A DNA stretch of 32,000 nucleotides from Desulfocapsa sulfexigens DSM 10523 (GTDB taxonomy: Bacteria; Desulfobacterota; Desulfobulbia; Desulfobulbales; Desulfocapsaceae), in NCBI RefSeq assembly GCF_000341395.1, contig NC_020304.1, forward strand, positions 3,510,001 to 3,542,000, in the 5' to 3' direction. Both the position numbers and the translations under genes were made by a program. Each line of letters opens with the position of its first letter. The first letter of the stretch is position 1. Shown in pieces: positions 1 through 7,602 of the stretch. The notes under the pieces were generated by a model. The model worked only from the letters and a program-made list of their open reading frames with translations, was not told the DNA's origin and ran no database searches.

Positions 1-1320
1 AGCTGCAGTACCAATCCTGAGCCACATGATGTTTCGCTGGCCCATATGCATAATACCCTGGATGTAGTTCATCAGATGATGAAACTGACGTTCAAGGATA
101 GGTTCAAAATCAGACTGCATTTCACGGCCTGCGACCTCTACAAGAATACCAAGTGGGACATTTTGACCACGTTCCAGATCGGAAATGTCCAATCCTTCAA
201 GTGTCACTAATCCATCTTCGATCTCATCCATTTCTTTAGAGATAAGAACTTCAACACCTGGAGTTCGACCACCACCACACTCCATAAAGAGATCGTCCTT
301 TCGAACACGCTCACCCTCAAAAGCGGGGCCAAAGGACATCGGGATATCGATTTTAGTTACGTTGACCTTCAGTCCACGAACCTCAATTGCTTTTTGAACA
401 ATTTCTTCATGGGGGACGTTCGACACAACATGCTCGTAGGTACAGACACCAGTGGGCAGAATCTGAGGAATATCATAATCAGAAATGGTTGGAAAACCCC
501 AGTTAATAGCACCAGCAGCATTTGCATACCACTCATCACTGACTTCACCAAAGGCCATGACAAAGGCAAAGGTTCGGTCTTTGTTATATTTCAGGTTCCC
601 GGCATAGTCGCCTGGTTTGACCCCACCAAAGGCAAGGGCAACACGACAGGCAAAACCTATGGCAAAAACGGCGGTGGTATATTCACGACCAAATGGAACA
701 AGACGGGTTCCCCAGCCAACCTGCTGTTTTTGTTTAAGCAGTTGATCGGGAAGACTTATCCCCTCGGTCTGGTCATGCATAAAGATGTACAGATTCTTCT
801 CCTGAAGTTCTATCGCAATCTTTGCAGCCATTTCAGGATCTTTAGGAGTTCCAAGAATAGCAGCAAAACCAGGGGCTGAGCCATCGACAAATTCAACACC
901 ACGTTTACGAAAAATTACGTCATCTGCGGCACCAAGCCAGAAGTTATCTGCGGTGGGATCTTCGGTTGCGGTATAGAGGCCAGGTTCATTGAGATACCTG
1001 ATAGCTTCGTACATCTCTTCTGCAAAGAATGTTGCCATACCGGCATCAAGTGCCGGAGCAAGATAGGGAAGCCAGATATCACCTGTTACAACAGGAGGCA
1101 TAAGCTTTCGACACTCCAGAAATATATCTTTCATGTCGCCAAGCTTCTCAACCTTGGCTCCAAGCATACTGTAAATAATTGGCAGAAAATAGGCGGTATT
1201 CGGAAATGACACTTCTTTGTCTTCACCATACTTCTTAACCGCATCTTCATAGCTGCTCTCGGCCATATCTATGATTTTTTGTGCACCGCGGATGGCAGCT
1301 GAACAAATTATTTTGGACAT
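1..1320 (-). CDS. acsB: Acetyl-CoA synthase (CO-methylating), bacterial AcsB type. N-terminal 440 codons only; the gene continues past the left window edge.
   Basis: Absent from the ORF track because there is no stop codon in the window. My reverse-strand translation from the ATG at 1320-1318 gives MSKIICSAAIRGAQKIIDMAESSYEDAVKKYGEDKEVSFPNTAYFLPIIYS...WLPYLAPALDAGMATFFAEEMYEAIRYL...IDIPMSFGPAFEGERVRKDDLFMECGGGRTPGVEVL...PLGILVEVAGREMQSDFEPILERQFHHLMNYIQGIMHMGQRNIMWLRIG. This is colinear with the N-terminal half of Moorella-type AcsB. An SD aggag lies about 8 nt upstream. The frame is open for all 440 codons down to nt 1. Confidence 0.9.
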   Translation of the reverse strand, partial: MSKIICSAAIRGAQKIIDMAESSYEDAVKKYGEDKEVSFPNTAYFLPIIYSMLGAKVEKLGDMKDIFLECRKLMPPVVTGDIWLPYLAPALDAGMATFFAEEMYEAIRYLNEPGLYTATEDPTADNFWLGAADDVIFRKRGVEFVDGSAPGFAAILGTPKDPEMAAKIAIELQEKNLYIFMHDQTEGISLPDQLLKQKQQVGWGTRLVPFGREYTTAVFAIGFACRVALAFGGVKPGDYAGNLKYNKDRTFAFVMAFGEVSDEWYANAAGAINWGFPTISDYDIPQILPTGVCTYEHVVSNVPHEEIVQKAIEVRGLKVNVTKIDIPMSFGPAFEGERVRKDDLFMECGGGRTPGVEVLISKEMDEIEDGLVTLEGLDISDLERGQNVPLGILVEVAGREMQSDFEPILERQFHHLMNYIQGIMHMGQRNIMWLRIGTAA

Positions 1321-1331
1321 ATCTTAAACTC

Positions 1332-1359
1332 CTGTAATAGCTGTAATAGCAGTAATAAG
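1332..1359. repeat. Short tandem repeat in the acsD-acsB intergenic spacer: ctgtaatag ctgtaatag cagtaataag.
   Basis: Direct reading finds two perfect 9-bp units at 1332-1340 and 1341-1349, plus a degenerate 10-bp unit at 1350-1359. On the mRNA (minus) strand they read CUUAUUACUG CUAUUACAG CUAUUACAG and run straight into the acsB SD (GGAG). Confidence 0.6.
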
Positions 1360-1392
1360 CTTTGACTTCTACGTTTCAGTTCAAAGTTCCAA

Positions 1393-4077
1393 TCAGTCCA
1401 TAAGACCGGCAACCATTGCGTTAGTGAGTGCTATGGCTTTGGGATGACGCATGATCATAACTTCTCCACCTGCCATAAGCATGCAGCTGGCTGTAAGTGC
1501 TTCCATCATTATTCCTCGAGTCTCCTGATCACCAATCATATCATCGCTAGGAAGTTTCGTTTCCTTTGCCTTCCAGACTTCACAGCCAAGGTTACAGATG
1601 ATGGGTACCTGAAGCTTTGCATCCTGCTGGGTAAGAGCAGCAATACGAATACGCTCCATTACAGAGTAGGTGTACTCTATACCATAGCCAAGCGCTCCAA
1701 TGGAAGGATCCATCAGGACAGTATCAAGAGAAACACCAAGATTTTCAAGAAGAATGTTTAACTGTTTAGCTAGGTTAACATCAATTGGGGAGGCAGCTAC
1801 AATCGGATGCTGGAATGCCATGGCAGTTGCTCCGATAGTTCTGTAGTTGGAATCCTCAAGGGGCGCAAGACATACTTTTTTATCTCCTATGACGGAGGTA
1901 ATATCTCGCAGAGTTTCGGTATCTTTATCGGAATTACCACATCCCCAGACGATTACTGGGACATCAACTGCAGCAATTACAGCTGCTGCAGTTTTAGCAG
2001 CATCTGCAGCTGAACGATTCATACCATTTGGATCAGTGGAACCGAGGGTAACGGCGATTGCTTCAGCACCATAAACTTTGACACATTTTTCTGCCCAGGC
2101 GACTGGATTGTCAAATACATCGCTAAAGTGCCTGCTAAGCGTCTCTGGCCACTCATCGGGCTTCACATCTGAAACCTCCATGGCAATTAACGGTTTGTTG
2201 GGATGGTCACCTTCAAAGAGATGGAATGGCATAGATGAGGAGCCACCAACAATTTTCTCATTACCTTCATTGCCCAATTTTACAGAACGTAGCTCACCTG
2301 AATATTTGGTTTCGTAATTTGCAGGAGCAACTTTAGTGGAACGGTCTGCAAGCGACACGGTCTCTTTAGCAAGCTCGCCAACACCACTGTCTGCGACCGG
2401 GGCTGGAGCAGCCTGTACATTTGCTTTTGCTTCGGCTTCAGCCTTAACCTTGGCTTCTGCTGCAGCTTTTTCCTCTGCAGCAGCTTTGGCTTTAGCCTCA
2501 TCTGCGGCCTTTGCATCAGCAGCAGCCTTTGCATCTGCTGCTGCTTTTTCCTGTGCCTCGGCTTTCAATTTTGCAGCTGCGGCAGCTTTTAATTTTGCTT
2601 CTTCATCGGCCTTGGCCTCCGCATCCGCCTTTGCTTTGGCGGCCGCTTCAGCTTTTGCCTTTTCTGCAGAATCATCTATTACTGGTGCGGCGGGAGCTGC
2701 TGGAGCAGCAGGCGCTTGTGGAGCAGCGGCTGCTACTGGTGCAACAGGTGCGCTACTCACAACCTCTGGCTCTTTCTTCAAAATAGCATGGGCACCTGCA
2801 AAACTCGACAGTGCCTCAAACTGATCATCAGTTAATCCATAGGCCTTTTTCAATGCGGCCAGGCCAAGATTTACAGAATCAAGGGCCATGATCCGTTCTT
2901 TTTCATTCATTTCATGCTCTCCTGAATCATCAACGCCCTGTGGCGCTTCAGTGGTTATACTGGTGGTTGCAGTGGCAACTGAGCTGACAGCTGCAGCTTT
3001 CTGCTTAAGATTTTCTGCTTCTGCTTTAGCTGCTGCAATAATTGCTGCTGCCTCAGCTTTTGCTTTTTCAAGTAAGGTATCGGTATCAACAGATTGAACT
3101 GTAATCTGTTCCTTAACTTCATCTGTTGCTATCGGCTTAACTGCAGCATCGGTTTCTGTGATACCTGGCCGTGGAAGAAGACCTGCTCTTTTGAGTATTT
3201 CAGGAACTGCGCTCTCCCACTCAATAGCCATGCAGTGAATACCAGCAACACCCTCAATATCCTTCACTTCATTGATTATGTCAGCGCAAATCTGGATACC
3301 TTCGTCCTGCATGTCTTTGGCATCTTTCATCCGTTGAATAACTTCATCGGTGACATCCATGCCGGGAACGAATTTTTTCATGTAACGCGCCATCCCTAAA
3401 GACTTTGGCGGAGTTACACCGGCAAGAATATAGCATTTTTCATGGAGGCCAAGATCCCGAACCATTTTCATGAATTCGCGAAATTTTTCTACATTATATA
3501 TTATCTGAGTCTGAATAAAATCAGCTCCGGCAGCAACTTTTTTCCCCAGACGTACAGCACGATATTCAAAAGGATATGCAAATGGATTTGCAGCAGCTCC
3601 AAGAAAGAGTTTTGGTTCATTACTCTTAATTTCTTCGCCACATTGAAATATCTTATCATCACGCATTCCCTTCATCATTCCAAGCATCTGGATAGAGTCC
3701 ATATCAAAGACCCCTTTTGATCCCGGGTGGTTACCAAATTTTTGATGGTCACCAGTGAGGCAGAGAAGATTTTTCAGACCAAGAGCTGAGGCACCCAGAA
3801 TATCGGACTGCATGCCGATCCTGTTACGATCACGACAGGTCATCTGAATAACGGGTTCAAGCCCTTCTTCTTTTGCGATAAGTCCAGCGGCAATGGATGA
3901 CATACGAACTATCGCAGTCTGACAGTCGGTAATATTGACTGCGTCCACATTGCCTTTCAGTAGTTGCGCCTTTTCACGCACCACTTCAGGATTTCCATTT
4001 TTGGGAGGACCAAGTTCACCGGTTACGACGAATGTCCCCTCTTTTAAAAGTGTTTCTAGTTTACTGCCCGACTTCAT
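1393..4077 (-). CDS. Fusion protein: methylenetetrahydrofolate reductase (MetF-like, aa 1-300), a ~290-aa low-complexity linker, and the corrinoid iron-sulfur protein small subunit (AcsD/CdhD-like, aa ~590-894).
   Basis: An uninterrupted 894-aa ORF. The N-terminal part has MetF-type blocks (VTGELGPPK, NITDCQTA, MTCRDRNR, LCLTGDH, GAAANP, GADFIQTQ). The C-terminal part has AcsD-type blocks (SSSMPFHLFEGD, VPVIVWGCGN, LMDPSIGALGYGIEYTYSVMERIRIAAL, IMRHPKA). An SD gaaggag lies upstream of the ATG at 4077. Confidence 0.85.
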   Translation of the reverse strand: MKSGSKLETLLKEGTFVVTGELGPPKNGNPEVVREKAQLLKGNVDAVNITDCQTAIVRMSSIAAGLIAKEEGLEPVIQMTCRDRNRIGMQSDILGASALGLKNLLCLTGDHQKFGNHPGSKGVFDMDSIQMLGMMKGMRDDKIFQCGEEIKSNEPKLFLGAAANPFAYPFEYRAVRLGKKVAAGADFIQTQIIYNVEKFREFMKMVRDLGLHEKCYILAGVTPPKSLGMARYMKKFVPGMDVTDEVIQRMKDAKDMQDEGIQICADIINEVKDIEGVAGIHCMAIEWESAVPEILKRAGLLPRPGITETDAAVKPIATDEVKEQITVQSVDTDTLLEKAKAEAAAIIAAAKAEAENLKQKAAAVSSVATATTSITTEAPQGVDDSGEHEMNEKERIMALDSVNLGLAALKKAYGLTDDQFEALSSFAGAHAILKKEPEVVSSAPVAPVAAAAPQAPAAPAAPAAPVIDDSAEKAKAEAAAKAKADAEAKADEEAKLKAAAAAKLKAEAQEKAAADAKAAADAKAADEAKAKAAAEEKAAAEAKVKAEAEAKANVQAAPAPVADSGVGELAKETVSLADRSTKVAPANYETKYSGELRSVKLGNEGNEKIVGGSSSMPFHLFEGDHPNKPLIAMEVSDVKPDEWPETLSRHFSDVFDNPVAWAEKCVKVYGAEAIAVTLGSTDPNGMNRSAADAAKTAAAVIAAVDVPVIVWGCGNSDKDTETLRDITSVIGDKKVCLAPLEDSNYRTIGATAMAFQHPIVAASPIDVNLAKQLNILLENLGVSLDTVLMDPSIGALGYGIEYTYSVMERIRIAALTQQDAKLQVPIICNLGCEVWKAKETKLPSDDMIGDQETRGIMMEALTASCMLMAGGEVMIMRHPKAIALTNAMVAGLMD
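2422..2670. repeat. Low-complexity GCN/AAR-rich coding repeat, the Ala/Lys/Glu/Asp core of the MetF-AcsD linker.
   Basis: It encodes SAEKAKAEAAAKAKADAEAKADEEAKLKAAAAAKLKAEAQEKAAADAKAAADAKAADEAKAKAAAEEKAAAEAKVKAEAEAKA. The DNA shows reiterated gcagc/gcttt/gcctt units, which also produce spurious Ala-rich ORFs on the opposite strand. Confidence 0.8.
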
Positions 4078-4173
4078 CGGCTAGACTCCTTCTGCCAAAA
4101 CCTATCTTTTTAATAGCACCTGACTGAACAGCCGCTACACATTTTCAAAAGTAGAATTTCTATTAAAAACTTG

Positions 4174-6171
4174 TCATTTATGCCCGCAACCCAAACCTGG
4201 AATTCCCTGGCCAGTAGCACCGACATCAAGATCACGACGCATCTCCATGTCAAAGAGTACTCTGTCCTTCTTCTTATTGATCCCAAGGGCTTCACGTTTC
4301 CCGTCAATGGCCTTGATCATTTTCTGAGCAAGCTTGATCGGATCTTCTTCATAATCCCAGCAGGCACCATACTCTTCCTTCATACCATTGGTAATGAACT
4401 CGTTCATTTCCTTTGATCCGGTTACCGGAAGGTTCTGGAATATTACATGGGCACCGGAGGTAACAAAGTACTGACCGATGGCCACAGCCTTTTCACTCAT
4501 CCACAGAGGCGCTGTACCACAGGCTGGAAGTTCGGATATGTCTTCACCAAGCCCACCCTCTTTAACCATAGCGGTGAGGGCAATAAGGAGACGACTGTTA
4601 TCAACACAGGAACCGACATGCAGAACAGGTGGCATACCAACAGTCTCACAGACCTCAGCAAGACTTTCTCCACAATATTCGGCAGCTGCTTCTGGTCTCA
4701 TCAGCCCCATACGACCAAGTGCCTGAGCGGCACAACCGGTGGCAAGGACAAGGACGTTATTTTTAAGCAGTTCAACAGCAATCTTAAAATGGACATCATC
4801 ACTGTATTTATAATGTTCACAACCAACCAGAGCGCCAAGTCCTTTAATTCGACCATTAATGATATTGTCATTGAGCGGACGATAGCTCTTACGAAAACGG
4901 CCACCAAGCATATAGTTGATGGTCTCATGGCTGAATCCGACAACAACATCGAGTTTGTTATCTTTAGGAATATAGTAGTCACCACGTTTCTTGAAATTAT
5001 TAATAGCATGGGTGAGGATTGCCTTGGCAGAGCCAAGAGGATCATCTTCCTCAAACTGCATATGGATAGCATCAGGCATCTTCGCCCGATAGTTTGTAGT
5101 AATAATATCAGTATGTTTACCTTTTACCACCTGGGCGACTGACTGCATGACACACTGGACATCAACAACCATAGCTTCCACTGCACCGGTGGCCAGTACC
5201 ATCTCCTGCTGGATAAATGATCCAGCAACTGGAATTCCTCGACGCATAAGAATTTCGTTACCAGTACAGCAGACACCGGCAAGATTAATCCCTTTAGCAC
5301 CTACTTTTTTAGCAAGAGCAAGAATCTCGGGATCCTCGGCTGCCATACAGAGGGACTCAGCCAAAAGTGGCTCATGCCCATGAACGGTAACGTTCACCTG
5401 ATCTTCCTTCAGGACGCCAAGGTCAATAAGGGCACGCCTTGGAACCGGTGTACCAAACATTATATCAGTCAGCTCGGTGGAGAGCATGGAAGCCCCCCAG
5501 CCATCTGCAAGTGAGCAGCGTGCTGCCTGTTTCATGATGTTCTTGTATTCCTGATCAACACCCATATGGGTACGATGCATGGTTTCAACAACCTCACGAT
5601 CAATACCTCTTGGTTCCACACCCTTCGCTTTCCATATTTCCTGCTGTTTCTTGGGAGCACGTTTGAGCATGGTAAGAGTCCCCTGCTGCTGGCCAAATTC
5701 CGCCAGCGCCTTTTCACCAAGCTCAAGAGCGATTTCATTCTTATCACGTCCCTCAATCTCAATCCCGAAGGTTTCGGCCATGGCATGAAGCTTCTCAACA
5801 TCCTTGATTTCATGGGGAGTTTTACCCTTTGCTGTCTCGATAAACCCCATGACCATCTCACGGGCATGGTCTGTATGAGCTGCAGTTCCGGCAGCGACAA
5901 TACGGGCAAAATTTCGAGCAACTACGGTTGCGGCAGTGGCTCCACAGATGCCAATCATCTGCTCGACACCATCAATAATCTGACAGGGCCCCATGTTACA
6001 GATACGGCAGCAGGTACCACCTGAACCAAAGAGACAGGCCGAAACCCCACGGTCTTCTATACGATCGTAGGCAGTTCTTACCTGTTTCGCCAAATCCTGA
6101 TTAAGCAGGTCTTTGGTTGAAGCGCCTGTTATATCATTACAGGATGTGCATCCACCTTTACTCTTGCTCAT
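4174..6171 (-). CDS. cooS: Ni-dependent anaerobic carbon monoxide dehydrogenase catalytic subunit (CooS/AcsA).
   Basis: A 665-aa ORF with the N-terminal D/B-cluster cysteine pattern ACLFGSGGTCCRICNMGPCQI...GICGATA and AAHTDHAREM. CODH-typical blocks continue through to GSCVDNSR and the C-terminus. An SD ggagg lies upstream of the ATG at 6171. Confidence 0.92.
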   Translation of the reverse strand: MSKSKGGCTSCNDITGASTKDLLNQDLAKQVRTAYDRIEDRGVSACLFGSGGTCCRICNMGPCQIIDGVEQMIGICGATAATVVARNFARIVAAGTAAHTDHAREMVMGFIETAKGKTPHEIKDVEKLHAMAETFGIEIEGRDKNEIALELGEKALAEFGQQQGTLTMLKRAPKKQQEIWKAKGVEPRGIDREVVETMHRTHMGVDQEYKNIMKQAARCSLADGWGASMLSTELTDIMFGTPVPRRALIDLGVLKEDQVNVTVHGHEPLLAESLCMAAEDPEILALAKKVGAKGINLAGVCCTGNEILMRRGIPVAGSFIQQEMVLATGAVEAMVVDVQCVMQSVAQVVKGKHTDIITTNYRAKMPDAIHMQFEEDDPLGSAKAILTHAINNFKKRGDYYIPKDNKLDVVVGFSHETINYMLGGRFRKSYRPLNDNIINGRIKGLGALVGCEHYKYSDDVHFKIAVELLKNNVLVLATGCAAQALGRMGLMRPEAAAEYCGESLAEVCETVGMPPVLHVGSCVDNSRLLIALTAMVKEGGLGEDISELPACGTAPLWMSEKAVAIGQYFVTSGAHVIFQNLPVTGSKEMNEFITNGMKEEYGACWDYEEDPIKLAQKMIKAIDGKREALGINKKKDRVLFDMEMRRDLDVGATGQGIPGLGCGHK

Positions 6172-6215
6172 AATGTTCCTCCGGAAATATATGCGTAGTT
6201 CTTTATATCTTTCTA

Positions 6216-7103
6216 TTAGATGAGGTTAGCTGCCATTTTAGCAGCCTGTACAGTATTTTTCATCAGCATGGTGATGGTCATTGGGCCTACGCCACCTGGC
6301 ACAGGAGTGATACAGGATGCAACTTCCTTGACTGCGTCAAAATCAACATCCCCGGCAAGTATTGCCTTTCCATTGCTCGCCTTCCCTATACGGTTAACAC
6401 CGACATCAATAATTGCAGCACCTTCCTTGACCATATCTGCTGTGACCATTTTCGGCACACCAACAGCAGCAATTATGATGTCAGCACGTTTACAATGGGC
6501 GGCCATGTCTTTTGTTCTTGTGTGACAGAGGGTCACCGTGGCATTTCCGCCATCACGCTTTTGAAGCATGAGGTTGGCAATGGGTTTTCCGACAATATTA
6601 GATCGTCCGATCACCACAACCTCTGCACCACTGGTCTCGACACCGCTTCTTGTGAGAAGCTCAAGGATCCCATGGGGTGTGCAGGGGAGAAAACACTGCT
6701 CCCCAAGCACCATCTTTCCAACATTGACCGGATGAAAACCATCCACATCTTTATCCGGATTAATGGCGTAGAGCACATTTGCCTCATTAATGTGCTTTGG
6801 CAGGGGCAACTGTACAAGGATACCATTGATCTTCGAATCCTTGTTATATTTATCAACGAGTTTGAGGAGATCTTCTTCACTGGTCTCAGGATCAAGTGTC
6901 ACCTGCTCCGAATGAATACCAAGAGCGTGGGCGGTCTTATTTTTTGCAGCAACATAGGATTGAGAGGCTGGGTCCTCTCCAACAAGAATAGTTACAAGCC
7001 CTGGAACAACATTATGTTTTTCTTTCAGCTCCGCAACTTCTCTGGTTAACTCCTCACGAATTGCCTTCGCTGTTTCAGTACCGCTAATAAGCTTTGCCGT
7101 CAT
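6216..7103 (-). CDS. folD: Bifunctional 5,10-methylene-THF dehydrogenase / 5,10-methenyl-THF cyclohydrolase.
   Basis: A 295-aa ORF with FolD blocks LVTILVGEDPASQSYV, GILVQLPLP, DKDVDGFHPVNVG, CTPHGILELL, VVVIGRSNIVGKP and PVPGGVGPMT. Confidence 0.95.
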   Translation of the reverse strand: MTAKLISGTETAKAIREELTREVAELKEKHNVVPGLVTILVGEDPASQSYVAAKNKTAHALGIHSEQVTLDPETSEEDLLKLVDKYNKDSKINGILVQLPLPKHINEANVLYAINPDKDVDGFHPVNVGKMVLGEQCFLPCTPHGILELLTRSGVETSGAEVVVIGRSNIVGKPIANLMLQKRDGGNATVTLCHTRTKDMAAHCKRADIIIAAVGVPKMVTADMVKEGAAIIDVGVNRIGKASNGKAILAGDVDFDAVKEVASCITPVPGGVGPMTITMLMKNTVQAAKMAANLI

Positions 7104-7181
7104 TTACTTTTCCTCAATTATTTCCGACGAGCGTTATCATATTCTAACAATATCGCAACGTCATTTAGTTAGCTGTGGGGG

Positions 7182-7240
7182 ACAAACTGCTCTCAAATAC
7201 AACAAATGCCACAAATACCACAGAGCAGATCTGAGCAGAT
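7182..7240. promoter_or_regulatory. Two sets of phased short direct repeats in the AT-rich region upstream of folD; a candidate operator or UTR element.
   Basis: On the plus strand, ACAAACT (7182-7188), CAAATAC (7194-7200), CAAATGC (7203-7209) and CAAATAC (7212-7218) repeat with a 9-bp period. They are followed immediately by caGAGCAGAT ctGAGCAGAT (7221-7240) with a 10-bp period. The block lies 80-140 bp upstream of the folD ATG at 7103 on the minus strand. Confidence 0.3.
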
Positions 7241-7555
7241 GTTTAACAAAAAAACCCTTTATCAACACGACTATCAGGTTAATGAAAAAGCTAAATTAAT
7301 TGATTTGTCAATTTTTTTCAATATGCATATCAATATATTTTAACATTCATCAACTTTTTTTGATTTACTGTTCAGAAAAATCGATATAGGGTCTGCCAGC
7401 CATGCATAATTAACCATCTATGTTACTAATAATAAGTGATAATACGAATATGAAATGGATACAGGTTCAAGATGTTTGACTAACGAGGATGGCTACAAAA
7501 GGAATTTTATCTTCAAGGAGACACAAAAATGGAAAATATACGACAGTTGACAAAT

Positions 7556-7587
7556 CAGGTTCCGGTTCACTGAACTCCCGGAACCTG
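7556..7587 (-). terminator. Stem-loop just downstream of the malic enzyme stop; a possible intrinsic terminator.
   Basis: A perfect 10-bp inverted repeat, caggttccgg (7556-7565) and ccggaacctg (7578-7587), with a 12-nt loop that can pair further (ttca/tgaa). It starts 16 nt after the TAG at 7603-7605. The trailing U-tract on the minus strand (AUUUGU) is weak. Confidence 0.45.
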
Positions 7588-7602
7588 ACATGCGTATCAA
7601 CT

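Noticed and set aside
394-879. A 161-aa plus-strand ORF and its neighbours (185..397, 369..569) at the left end of the window.
   Set aside because: They are antisense or out of frame to the strongly supported acsB reading frame, and they have no recognisable motifs.
2280-3097. Several plus- and minus-strand ORFs (2336..2824 Ala-rich 162 aa, 2511..2786, 2280..2534, 2888..3097) overlap the linker region.
   Set aside because: They are mirror images or shifted frames of the GCN/AAR low-complexity coding repeat of the MetF-AcsD linker. Their compositions (poly-Ala/Ser/Phe, or Leu/Gln/Pro/Arg) are what such a repeat gives in other frames. They also lie entirely inside a well-supported gene.
4447-6024. 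Long plus-strand ORFs (4447..5142 at 231 aa, 5566..6024 at 152 aa, and others) opposite cooS.
   Set aside because: They lie entirely within the CODH catalytic subunit gene on the other strand and have no SD or family resemblance. The same reasoning applies to 8530..8970 (opposite maeA), 9895..10410 (opposite the kamA-like gene), 17482..17988 (opposite hrpA) and 20406..20927 (opposite the YvcK-like gene).
7197-7211. A sigma54-like TGGCA...TTG motif on the minus strand upstream of folD (tggcatttgttgtat).
   Set aside because: The GG-to-GC spacing does not fit the TGGCAC-N5-TTGC consensus, and the -12 GC is absent. The motif is part of the 9-bp repeat array instead.
7300-7311. TTGA-N4-TCAA dyad (ttgatttgtcaa), considered as a CRP/FNR/CooA-type site in front of the CODH operon.
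   Set aside because: The half-site spacing is 2 bp shorter than the TTGAT-N4-ATCAA consensus for the FNR/CRP family, so I cannot support the call. It also overlaps the only TTGACA hexamer, which may be the simpler explanation.
7529-7573. A 14-codon plus-strand mini-ORF (MENIRQLTNQVPVH) with a textbook aaggag SD 8 nt upstream, overlapping the terminator-like hairpin.
   Set aside because: No plus-strand gene lies downstream for it to regulate, because the next sequence is the antisense of maeA. It is very short and sits in AT-rich DNA where such matches arise by chance. It would only be worth revisiting if Ribo-seq shows occupancy.
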